The notes beneath the pieces were generated by a model that was given only the letters and a program-made list of their open reading frames with translations, was not told the DNA's origin and ran no database searches. A stretch of DNA of 64,000 nucleotides from contig JAUHYP010000013.1 in NCBI GenBank assembly GCA_030426265.1, forward strand, positions 3,817 through 67,816, written 5' to 3'. The position numbers and the translations under genes were made by a program. Below, in pieces: positions 54,800-63,191 of this stretch (positions are counted from its first letter, which is position 1; every line of letters begins with the position of its first letter). Origin of the DNA: Gammaproteobacteria bacterium (GTDB lineage Bacteria; Pseudomonadota; Gammaproteobacteria; Xanthomonadales; SZUA-36).

Positions 54800-55980
54800 G
54801 AGAAGCCGTCATCGTTTCGACCGCACGCACGCCCATTGGCCGTGCCTTTCGCGGCGCCTTCAACAACATCAAGTCACCTACTCTGGCCGGGCACGCCATT
54901 CGCCATGCCGTCGAGCGCGCCGGTGTCGCCGTTGATGAGATCGACGACCTCGTGCTCGGCTCGGTGCTGACGGCCGGCACCGCGGGCGGAAACATCGCGC
55001 GCAACGCCGCACTGGCGGCGGGGCTGCCCGTGAGCGTGGCGGCGCAGACCGTTGACCGGCAATGCGCGTCGGGCCTGATGGCCATTGCCATCGCCGCGCG
55101 CCAGGTCATGGCGGATGGCATGAACGTCGTGGTCGCCGGCGGGCAGGAGAACATTTCCGCCGTGCAGGGACCCTATTTCGAGTGGACGGACCAGGCCAGG
55201 GACGAGAACGTCGTCGCCCGGGCGCCCGAGGCCTACATGCCGATGCTGCTGACCGCCGAGCACGTCTGCCGGACCTACGACATCTCCCGCGACGCCCAGG
55301 ACGTGTATGCCCTGTCGTCGCAACAGCGCACCGCCGCGGCGCAGGCGGCCGGTCGCTTCGACGACGAGATCGTGCCTCTGGACTCGGTGCAGCGCATCAA
55401 GGATCGCGAGACCGGCGAAGTCAGCGAACGCACGGTGCGGCTTGAACGCGACGAAGGCAACCGACCGGACACCACGCTCGAGGGGCTGGCGGGCCTGTCA
55501 CCGGTGATCGAGGACGGAACGATCACGGCCGGCAACGCCAGCCAGTTGTCCGACGGCGCTTCGGCCTGCGTGGTCATGGACGCCCGCCTGGCTGAACGTC
55601 GAGGTCTGCAGCCGCTGGGCATCTATCGCGGCATGGCGGTGGCCGGCCTGGCGCCGGAAGAAATGGGGATCGGGCCGGTGTTCGCCGTTCCCCGGCTTCT
55701 CGAGCGGCACGGGCTGCGGGTCGACGATGTCGACCTGTGGGAACTCAACGAGGCCTTTGCCTGCCAGGCACTGTACTGTCGCGACCGTCTGGGCATCGAC
55801 CCGGACCTCTACAACGTGAACGGAGGTGGGATTGCCATCGGCCACCCCTATGGAATGACCGGTGCGCGCCTGGTGGGACATGCCCTCATCGAGGGAAGGC
55901 GCCGGGGCGCCCGGTACGTGGTGGTCACCATGTGCGTGGGTGGCGGCATGGGCGCCGCCGGTCTTTTCGAGGTCGCCTGA
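54796..55980 (+). CDS. acetyl-CoA C-acyltransferase (3-ketoacyl-CoA thiolase)
   Basis: ATGA overlap with the upstream gene. The active-site Cys context is VDRQCASGL; C-terminal strings are [18 protein letters not shown] and MCVGGGMG. Confidence 0.9.
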
Positions 55981-55988
55981 AGCGGGGG

Positions 55989-56753
55989 CTAGAGCGTCAT
56001 GCCGCCGTCCACAACGATGCATTCGCCCGTGGTGTAGCGGGCAGCGTCGGACACCAGATACAGCACGGCGCCCGACATGTCGTCGGGCTCGGCATGGTGA
56101 CGCAGGGGAATCTGCGACATCATCCGGCGATAGAGGTCCTCGTCCTCGAACAGGGCGCCGGCGAAACGGGTCCGGGTCAGGCCCGGGAGGAGGGCGTTGA
56201 CGCGGATGCCGTCGGCCGCGCATTCCTTGGCGAAGGCGCGGGTCATGTTGACTACGGCGGCCTTGGAAATCGAATAGATGCCCAGGCCGATGCCCGGCTG
56301 AAGCGCGTTGATCGAGGCGGTGTTCACGATGGCACCGCCACCGTTTTCACGCATCAGCTTCCCGGCGGCCACGGACATGTAAAAGTAGCCGCGGACGTTG
56401 ACCTCGAAAGTCTTCTGGAATGCGTCCGGCGGGGTGTCGAGAATGGGCCCGAAGTACGGGTTGGCCGCGGCGTTGTTGACCAGGATGTCCAGCCGGCCGT
56501 GGCGCTGGCGAAGGGTGTCGAAACAGCGTTCGATGTCGTCCATGTCGCCCACGTGGCAGGCGAGCGCCTCGGCGGCGCCACCGTCGGCGATGATGGCGTC
56601 GACGACCGCCTGGCAGCCTTCGAGATAGCGGCTGGAAACGACGACCTGCGCGCCGCTGGATGCGAGGCGCCGTGCGATGGCCTCGCCGATGCCGCGACTG
56701 GCGCCAGTCACCAGGGCAATGCGCCCCTCCAGGTTGAACGGATCACGGCTCAT
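55989..56753 (-). CDS. SDR-family oxidoreductase
   Basis: ATG at 56753 after GGGAGGG. TGASRGIG, NNAA and YSISK. The ORF-track extension up to 57569 is antisense to the ligase gene and is rejected. Confidence 0.85.
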   Translation of the reverse strand: MSRDPFNLEGRIALVTGASRGIGEAIARRLASSGAQVVVSSRYLEGCQAVVDAIIADGGAAEALACHVGDMDDIERCFDTLRQRHGRLDILVNNAAANPYFGPILDTPPDAFQKTFEVNVRGYFYMSVAAGKLMRENGGGAIVNTASINALQPGIGLGIYSISKAAVVNMTRAFAKECAADGIRVNALLPGLTRTRFAGALFEDEDLYRRMMSQIPLRHHAEPDDMSGAVLYLVSDAARYTTGECIVVDGGMTL

Positions 56754-56849
56754 GGCGAAGCCCTCCCGCATGGGTTTCGCCCATTCGACCACACCGCATT
56801 GCCGAATAGAAGATGAACCCGCCACAGGGACAACAAGAGGAATGAACTG

Positions 56850-58493
56850 ATGGAGCTCACCATGACGGCCACACCTTCCGCCCACGACTGCCCCCTGCTG
56901 ATCGGGACCATCCTGACCCAGGGCGTGGCGCGGGCGCCCGGGCAGGAGATCGTCTATGCCGACCGTGCCCGGTACAGCTACCGTGAACTGGAAGGTCGCG
57001 TTCACCGCCTGGCGGGGACGCTGGCGGCGCTCGGCGTGCGGCCCGGTCACACCGTCGGCGTGATGGACTGGGACAGTCACCGGTACCTGGAATGCTTCTT
57101 CGCCATCCCGATGATGGGCGCGGTGCTGCACACCATCAATGTCCGTCTGAGCCCTGAACAGGTGCTTTACACCATCAACCATGCCCGGGATGACGTGCTT
57201 CTGGTCAACCGCGAGTTTCTGTCGATGCTGGCGGCGGTCGCCGACCAGATCGAAAACACGAACACGCGATTCGTCCTGCTCGATGATGGTGACGTGTCTC
57301 CACTCGAGGGATTCGATTTCGAAGGCGAATACGAATCCCTGCTGGCGGCGGCCCCGGAGCGGTACGCGTTCCCGGAACTGGACGAGAACACACGCGCCAC
57401 CACCTTCTACACCACCGGTACGACCGGGCTGCCCAAGGGTGTGTTTTTCAGTCATCGACAGCTGGTGCTGCATACCGTCGCCGGTCGGGCGCTGGAACGC
57501 GGTACGGCGCAGGGTGAACTGACCACCAATGACGTCTACATGCCTCTGACGCCGATGTTCCACGTGCATGCATGGGGTGTCCCGTACCAGGCGACCCTGA
57601 AGGGCGTGAAACAGGTCTATCCAGGTCGATACGATCCCGCCAGGCTGGTGCGGCTATTCCAGGAAGAAGGAGTGACTTTTTCCCATTGCGTCCCGACCAT
57701 CTTCCAGATGATCGTGGGCTGCGAGGCCGCACGCGGGGTGGATTTCAGCGGATGGAAAGTGACCATCGGCGGCGCCGCGTTGCCGCCGTCCATGTGCCGC
57801 AAGGCCCTGGAGCAGGGCATCGACATCACCGCCGGCTACGGGATGAGCGAGACCTGCCCGATCCTGACCCTGGCCCTGCTGCCACGCGACCTGGTCGATG
57901 CCGACATCGACACCCAGGTTGCTTACCGTTGCCGTGCGGGCCGTCCCGTCCCCATGGTGCAGCTGCGTGTAGTCGACGCCGACATGAACGACGTGCCACA
58001 CGACGACAAAACGCCCGGTGAAATCGTGGTCCGGGCGCCCTGGTTGACCCAGGGCTATTTGCACGACGCGGAGCATTCCGAAGTCCTGTGGGCCGGTGGC
58101 TGGCTGCACACCGGCGACATCGGGGTCATGAGCGCCGATGGCTGGCTGCGCATCACCGACCGAATCAAGGACGTCATCAAGACCGGTGGTGAGTGGGTCT
58201 CGTCCGTGGACCTGGAAAACCTGATCCTGCAGCATCCCGCCGTTGCCGAGTGCGCGGTGATCGGCGTACCAGACGAGAAATGGGGTGAACGCCCGCTGGC
58301 GCTGGTCGTGGCGCGGCCGGACCTGGCCATCGAACCGGACAGCATCATCGAGTTGCTCCAGACCCATGTCGACCGGGGACACATTCCCCGCTACGGCATC
58401 CCTGACCGGGTGGCTGTCGTCGAAAGCTTGCCCCGCACCAGTGTCGGCAAGCTGGACAAGAAGTTGATGCGACAGACACTTGCCCAGGAATAA
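56850..58493 (+). CDS. acyl-CoA synthetase (AMP-forming)
   Basis: YTTGTTGLPKGV, GYGMSET and DRIKDVIKTGGEWVSS. Confidence 0.9.
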   Translation: MELTMTATPSAHDCPLLIGTILTQGVARAPGQEIVYADRARYSYRELEGRVHRLAGTLAALGVRPGHTVGVMDWDSHRYLECFFAIPMMGAVLHTINVRLSPEQVLYTINHARDDVLLVNREFLSMLAAVADQIENTNTRFVLLDDGDVSPLEGFDFEGEYESLLAAAPERYAFPELDENTRATTFYTTGTTGLPKGVFFSHRQLVLHTVAGRALERGTAQGELTTNDVYMPLTPMFHVHAWGVPYQATLKGVKQVYPGRYDPARLVRLFQEEGVTFSHCVPTIFQMIVGCEAARGVDFSGWKVTIGGAALPPSMCRKALEQGIDITAGYGMSETCPILTLALLPRDLVDADIDTQVAYRCRAGRPVPMVQLRVVDADMNDVPHDDKTPGEIVVRAPWLTQGYLHDAEHSEVLWAGGWLHTGDIGVMSADGWLRITDRIKDVIKTGGEWVSSVDLENLILQHPAVAECAVIGVPDEKWGERPLALVVARPDLAIEPDSIIELLQTHVDRGHIPRYGIPDRVAVVESLPRTSVGKLDKKLMRQTLAQE

Positions 58494-58533
58494 GTCTCGA
58501 TGATCAATTTGGGTAGAAATGAAGTGCTATTTC

Positions 58534-58692
58534 TTATGTCGGGCGTCTATCGGAACTGCTGGACCAGGTGAGTAGCATTTGTGCCAGCGCGGCGCGCCCC
58601 AATGCGCCGTAGGGGCTGGCCAGTGTCTCGATGACCTCGAAGTGGTTGTAAATGCAGATGTGGTCATGCACGACGTGGTGGTGTCTAGGCAT
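58534..58692 (-). pseudogene. 3'-terminal remnant of an alpha/beta-hydrolase gene (paralogue of 63192-64000)
   Basis: The frame reads MPRHHHVVHDHICIYNHFEVIETLASPYGALGRAALAQM..., versus ...RVVAEHYNHFEVIETLASPYGVLGRAALRQMGLG in the intact gene. At nucleotide level 58585-58650 matches 63213-63278 at about 61 of 66 positions by hand alignment. Confidence 0.55.
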
Positions 58693-58875
58693 TTGGACGA
58701 TGTTACTTGACCCGAGACAGTGCTAAACACATTCTTCGCTGTGAAGAAGAGATTTACGCCCCTCTTCGCGAACCCCGCTTGAGGCGGGTTCGTGCCAAGA
58801 CTCCTTAAGAGCACGGCTTCCGTTTCGCACTCGTTAGGGGCGGTCGGACACTTGTGTCTCAACAAGGAGCCGACG

Positions 58876-59280
58876 GTGCCCTCATCCCTTCAAAGAATCC
58901 GATCAAGAGCGTTCCACCGACAGTCCGGTCGATGTTACTACTGTGGCTTCCCCATGTGGAACGAAGACCATCCGGGCTTCGCCAGGAAATTCAGACTCCC
59001 ACTGCGGGCTTCCGCAAGATTGAAATGCACAGCCGAGCATCTGGTCGCTCGACAAGACGGTGGCACAAACCGCCGAGCGAACATCGTTGCGGCCTGTCAG
59101 TTCTGCAATCAAACACGTCACACGATTTCATCTCCACCCGCGCCTGATGTGTACCTCAAGCGCGTCAGAAGACGTGTCGGCAAGGGCAAATGGCACCCGA
59201 AACCGCTGCATTTGGGTGGAACAAGTGACCAGCATTCACTAACTTGTGACCAATCTGGGTGGAGGTCTTCAGGAAAGTGA
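58876..59280 (+). CDS. small HNH-family endonuclease
   Basis: GTG at 58876 lies 6 nt after AAGGAG. Two CxxC pairs (CYYC, CQFC) and a His/Asn/His pattern (TAEHLV, ANIVAAC, QTRH) are present. The track start at 58792 is an upstream GTG. Confidence 0.6.
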   Translation: MPSSLQRIRSRAFHRQSGRCYYCGFPMWNEDHPGFARKFRLPLRASARLKCTAEHLVARQDGGTNRRANIVAACQFCNQTRHTISSPPAPDVYLKRVRRRVGKGKWHPKPLHLGGTSDQHSLTCDQSGWRSSGK

Positions 59281-60266
59281 ATCGGCGCAGTTGGATCACG
59301 CTGTCTTGCCTGATTGTTGTGGGCATTTCGCTGTTCATCGCCTGCATACATGGTTTTCGCTTCAGTCCTTCGAGTGCATTCGTCGCTCATGACGACGCTC
59401 CGCAGTTTTCGAAAGGTCGAGGTGAATTGGCGCCAATGGGCACACAGCGCCCGGCATTGACCGCCTCCGACACAGATGAGCGAGAGGCGATCGAGTCTCT
59501 CCGGGTCTTCGACCGGAACACGTTGGCGGGGTTGCTGGGCCTGACCGCCGAGCCGTTTGAACAGGCAGAAGGGTCCTTTGCCGCCCGCCTCGTTCGGCTC
59601 GAAGCGGGTGATCGGGGCGAGGCGCGTGACTTCTCGAGCCGCCTCAGTGAGTGTCGCTCCATGCTGCGCAACCGGGCGCTTCGTCATTTGCTGGGAGAGG
59701 ACGCCGGGTCAGAAATGCAGGCGCCGTCCGAGAAGGACCTGGCTGAGTTACGCGCCGGTATTCCCCGGTGCGCCCCCTTCCTGCAACAGGGCGACCAGGC
59801 GCTGAGGGATTTGCTCGAGCAGTGGGCGGATGCTGGAAACGTGGCGGCGCGGGCCGTCTACGCGCTCTGGCCTCCGCACCGGGACCTACAGCATCCCTCG
59901 CACGCCACCCTGCGCCACTGGGAACTGCGGGCCATGGAGTTCTCACTGGCCAACCTGGCGCTTGGGGAATCCCTGGGTTTCCACGTTTTTGCAGAGAGCT
60001 TTCGGTCAGGGCTGTTCACGCCGGGAAGCCCGCTCCTCAGCCTGGATTTCAGGTTGGCGAGTATGCGGTGTGGCTTTTCAGGGCCCGAAAACATCCTTGA
60101 GTCCCTGCAGCACCTGTCCCGACACCACCAGTATGAAAGCATTCCCGCAACGTTCCTCGACATGTTGAACCAGCGATCAGAGCAACTCCGCGCTTATTGC
60201 CGCTCCGGTCATTGGCTGGGGACGGAAGCAGCGACCGCATTGATTCAAGAGGCATGGCCGCCATGA
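59259..60266 (+). CDS. membrane-anchored protein, function unknown (paralogue A)
   Basis: N-terminal hydrophobic helix WITLSCLIVVGISLFIACI. The start is uncertain: GTG 59259, or GTG 59277 overlapping the HNH stop. It shares collinear motifs with the next gene. Confidence 0.5.
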   Translation: MEVFRKVNRRSWITLSCLIVVGISLFIACIHGFRFSPSSAFVAHDDAPQFSKGRGELAPMGTQRPALTASDTDEREAIESLRVFDRNTLAGLLGLTAEPFEQAEGSFAARLVRLEAGDRGEARDFSSRLSECRSMLRNRALRHLLGEDAGSEMQAPSEKDLAELRAGIPRCAPFLQQGDQALRDLLEQWADAGNVAARAVYALWPPHRDLQHPSHATLRHWELRAMEFSLANLALGESLGFHVFAESFRSGLFTPGSPLLSLDFRLASMRCGFSGPENILESLQHLSRHHQYESIPATFLDMLNQRSEQLRAYCRSGHWLGTEAATALIQEAWPP

Positions 60267-61261
60267 CTGGGTCACGCCTTCTGTTCCTCGGTGTCGCCTT
60301 GCTGTTGCTGGTGGGCTTGTTGAGTGACCTGGATGCTCCGGTCGAGACGTCTGAAACAACGCTTTCACCAGCGAGGCTCTCGCGCCAGCCATCTGGAACT
60401 GCCGGGGCGCCGGACAAGGCACTCGGCCCGAATGGCCCCATTGCGGCGGATCACCTTGAAGAAACCGCTCTCGATTGCCTGAATGCGTACAGCAGAGTGA
60501 CCTGCCTGTCACCGGGTGAAACCCTGGCAGGCCCACTCGACGAGGCGCTGGATCTCCTTCGAGGAGGGGAACTGTTGGGCGCGATCAAGCTGTACGAGAT
60601 GCTGATCCACTGTATCCGGTACCCGCGGACCGAACAGGCCTTCGCCTATCGGCTGGCATCGGGTTGGGCCCTGCCGGTGGAGTCATTCAGCTATTTCTCT
60701 GAATCCGCCCTGGTGCAGGGCAGGGAGCAGGAACCCTACCACCAGGAGCAACATGCGCTGTATGTGGCCTACTACACCGAGAGACTACTGCGTTGCGCCC
60801 CCGTCCATGGCTTGGTTGAAGGTGGGTTCCGCTCGACCGTGGCGGAACTGGCTGTCGCCGGGAACGAAGCGGCACAACTGCTGTACAGCCTCTGGCAGCC
60901 GCGGGATGGAACGACGTTCGAGGCGTTCGTCGATTGGCAGATCACTGCGGAAGGTTATGCCCAGGAAGGTCTGCGGCAGCGCCGGCCTTTGGGTGTCGTG
61001 GCCTACAGCTACGGATACTTCGGAATTTTCGTGCCCTACCATTTCATGACTGCCTGGTCGTTCGCCCGGGCTGCTATGGCCTGTGGCATCGACAAGCAGC
61101 TGATTCCGAGCGCTTTCACAACCATCGATCCCGACGAAGAAACCGACCAGTTTGTTCATGGCCTGTTTGCCCAACAGGGAAGGGACGAGTGGACCGAGCA
61201 ATTTACGGCATCGTGCATGCCCCGCGCGACGGACGATTTGGGCCGAAGTGCCGAGCGGTGA
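60263..61261 (+). CDS. membrane-anchored protein, function unknown (paralogue B)
   Basis: ATGA overlap with the upstream stop (60263-60266). N-terminal helix LLFLGVALLLLVGLL. It shares RCAP-N18-AGN-x-AA-x3-Y-x-LW-x-P and A-x-M-x-CG with paralogue A at equal spacing. Confidence 0.55.
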   Translation: MTGSRLLFLGVALLLLVGLLSDLDAPVETSETTLSPARLSRQPSGTAGAPDKALGPNGPIAADHLEETALDCLNAYSRVTCLSPGETLAGPLDEALDLLRGGELLGAIKLYEMLIHCIRYPRTEQAFAYRLASGWALPVESFSYFSESALVQGREQEPYHQEQHALYVAYYTERLLRCAPVHGLVEGGFRSTVAELAVAGNEAAQLLYSLWQPRDGTTFEAFVDWQITAEGYAQEGLRQRRPLGVVAYSYGYFGIFVPYHFMTAWSFARAAMACGIDKQLIPSAFTTIDPDEETDQFVHGLFAQQGRDEWTEQFTASCMPRATDDLGRSAER

Positions 61262-61305
61262 AGAGCGTAGTACCAAAGGCGCCTGCTGTGTCGTGCAGCA
61301 TCTGA

Positions 61306-61431
61306 TCGCCGTATCAAGGCCTCTACGTCATGGACGGAGCAGTGGTGCCCAGGTCGCTGGGCGTCAATCCACTGATGGCCATCACGGGACTGGCGGAGCG
61401 GAGTGTGGAACGGTTGGTGGGTGCCCCGTGA
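61306..61431 (+). pseudogene. 3'-terminal remnant of a GMC oxidoreductase gene (copy of the end of 34257-36062)
   Basis: The frame reads SPYQGLYVMDGAVVPRSLGVNPLMAITGLAERSVERLVGAP-stop, with an in-frame stop immediately upstream. 61326-61409 matches 35921-36004 at 82 of 84 nt by hand alignment. Confidence 0.65.
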
Positions 61432-61437
61432 GACGGA

Positions 61438-61821
61438 TCAGATCACGCGCTGGATCGTCTCGTAGACGATGCTCCACTCCTGTTGCAGGACATCCTGGTC
61501 GACTCCTTTCGCCCGACCCGAAATAGCGAAGACCGGGGCGCCCATTCGGTCATAAGCGGTGATCTCGACCGTTTTACCTTGCCGGATCCGCTGGGACGCC
61601 ATGGGTCCGTTCGGTTTCTTCAAGCGAAAAGTCACCCCGCGCTTGCCGGTATTCCTTTGCACGAATTGCGCCAGATGCTGCATCCCCTGGGGACTGGAGG
61701 CGTGGTGCGGGTCGACCTTGGTGGAAATGCCCTGGAGTTCGGAAAAGCTTCCGATCTGGACGCCATCCATGGAGATTCCGAATCGGGACGCGGCAATGGG
61801 TGTATCGGGGGGCATGAACAT
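61438..61821 (-). CDS. orphan phage-tail-tube-like protein (T4 gp19 / contractile-injection-system tube family), tentative
   Basis: 127 aa. The N-terminal SRFGISMDGVQIGSFSELQGIS fits the family pattern [FY]RF-x-V-x-I-x-G-x5-F-x-E-V-S-G-L. The mid string is VTFRLKKPNG. No other tail genes lie nearby. Confidence 0.5.
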   Translation of the reverse strand: MFMPPDTPIAASRFGISMDGVQIGSFSELQGISTKVDPHHASSPQGMQHLAQFVQRNTGKRGVTFRLKKPNGPMASQRIRQGKTVEITAYDRMGAPVFAISGRAKGVDQDVLQQEWSIVYETIQRVI

Positions 61822-61988
61822 TCCTCCTGCGGAACGACGGCTTGCCGGTCAGGGCAAGGACTCGAGGATTCTGTTCAAAGTATAGGAGGGCTTGGTGGGA
61901 TTGCCCCTGCTGTGATGCGGGCGACGGCTGAGGGCAGATGGGACGCGAAACCAGCCAGGCGCTCACGTTGGACCCCTGGGGGCCTGCT

Positions 61989-62017
61989 GGAGCGCTGAAC
62001 GTCACGTTCAGCGCTCC
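61989..62017. terminator. strong hairpin just downstream of the glycine-rich protein gene
   Basis: Perfect 13-bp stem GGAGCGCTGAACG / CGTTCAGCGCTCC with loop TCA, 9 nt beyond the stop at 62026. No clear U-tract follows. Confidence 0.5.
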
Positions 62018-62025
62018 TTGTCCGT

Positions 62026-63045
62026 TCAGTCCGGTCGTCCAAACCCTCGGTAGCCGAGGAACACCAGGCTCAGGATGAGCGCGAGCAATCCGGCCATCGA
62101 AAGCGTGGGAATGACCTCGGTGGGCGCGACTGGCGGAGCCCCGGGCGCTGCGTTGACCATGAAGCTCAGGACGATCTGCCCGTCGCCCAGGTTGATGTCC
62201 GGGGTGACGGTACCCGTCAGCAGGCCACCGGAGTAGCTGGAACCGCCGCCGCCGCCGCCGCCGCCAACGCCTGAACCATTGCTGGCGCCGCCGCCACCAC
62301 CACCACCGAAGTAGCCGCCGCCACCGCCACCGCCGGCCACGTCATACAGGCCGTTCGATCCGGTGCCCCCGACGCCGATGGCGCCGGCGGTGCCCACGTT
62401 GGTGGCGCCGCCGTCCTGGGGTCCACCCAGGCCGCCGGTGGTGTCACTGCCGCCCGATCCGAAGTTGATGCCGGAGCCCGCGTAGGCAAAGCCGCAGTTG
62501 AACGCAGGATCGCCATCGAGGCCCAGGATGTCGCCGGCCGAACCGCCCGCACCACCGCAGCCGCATGGTTGGCAGGTCCCGTTGCAGTAGTCCCTGCCGC
62601 CACCACCGCCGCCGCCGGCCACGGCCACGCGGTCCGCCAACGTGTTGCCGCCCTGGCGGATGTCGGAAGCGCCGCCGCCGCCGCCGGCGGGGCCGCCACT
62701 GCAACCGCTGCCGGCCTGTCCGTTGCCACCGGCGCCGCCGCCGTTGAAGCCGCCTGTGCCGGTGTTGCTGCCCATGCCTCCGACGTAGAGGTACAGGGTT
62801 TCGCCAGGTGTGACCTGTAGGGTGCCGACCAGTTGAGAACCGAGTCCGCTGCCGCCGAGGTCCTCCCGCCGGTCGAGCGCCGCAGCGCCTTCCCCGCCCA
62901 TGAGTTCGATATCGACCTCGTTTACACCGGGCGGAACGACCCAGGTCTGCTCAGCGCCTGTGAAATTGAAGGTCTGAATGGTTTGCGACAGGCCGACTGC
63001 AGGTAGCAGCAAGCCGCTCAGTACGAGCACGGCACGAAATGACAT
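62026..63045 (-). CDS. secreted glycine-rich protein with IPTL-CTERM-type sorting signal
   Basis: Signal peptide MSFRAVLVLSGLLLPAVGLSQ. The N-terminal TFNFTGAEQTWVVPPGVNEVDIELMGGEG is typical of bacterial glycine-rich-domain proteins. Long GGGG tracts follow. The C-terminus reads VIPTLSMAGLLALILSLVFLGYRGFGR (IPTL motif, TM helix, basic tail). Confidence 0.75.
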   Translation of the reverse strand: MSFRAVLVLSGLLLPAVGLSQTIQTFNFTGAEQTWVVPPGVNEVDIELMGGEGAAALDRREDLGGSGLGSQLVGTLQVTPGETLYLYVGGMGSNTGTGGFNGGGAGGNGQAGSGCSGGPAGGGGGASDIRQGGNTLADRVAVAGGGGGGGRDYCNGTCQPCGCGGAGGSAGDILGLDGDPAFNCGFAYAGSGINFGSGGSDTTGGLGGPQDGGATNVGTAGAIGVGGTGSNGLYDVAGGGGGGGYFGGGGGGGASNGSGVGGGGGGGGSSYSGGLLTGTVTPDINLGDGQIVLSFMVNAAPGAPPVAPTEVIPTLSMAGLLALILSLVFLGYRGFGRPD

Positions 63046-63191
63046 GAATTATTCTCCCCAAGTACTTACTCTCCCAAGGGAAACAATAGCATGTTTGTTG
63101 CTGCGATCGGAGGGGAAATTCGCTCCGGCCAAGGCCCCGTGACATGGGTTCTGCAGGGGCCCCCGGCTCCACTTTCGAAAGACTTCGGACT

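Noticed and set aside
56754-57569. An N-terminal extension of the SDR ORF to 526 aa in the ORF track.
   Set aside because: The SDR domain starts at MSRDPFNLEGRIALVTGASRGIG with a GGGAGGG SD before ATG 56753. The extension is antisense to the acyl-CoA ligase gene and has shadow-ORF composition.
58501-58524. A short similarity between TGATCAATTTGGGTAGAA (58501-58518) and TGACCAATCTGGGTGGAG (about 59247-59264), considered as possible cassette-end repeats.
   Set aside because: Only about 14 of 18 positions match. The second copy lies inside the HNH coding region rather than at a boundary, so this is consistent with chance.
62217-62760. Highly repetitive GCC/GGC-rich DNA that could be mistaken for a tandem repeat or CRISPR-like array, together with alternative-frame Ala/Arg-rich ORFs.
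   Set aside because: It is the poly-glycine coding region of the glycine-rich protein. There is no regular repeat-spacer periodicity, and the Gly frame is the only one with a signal peptide and sorting tail.
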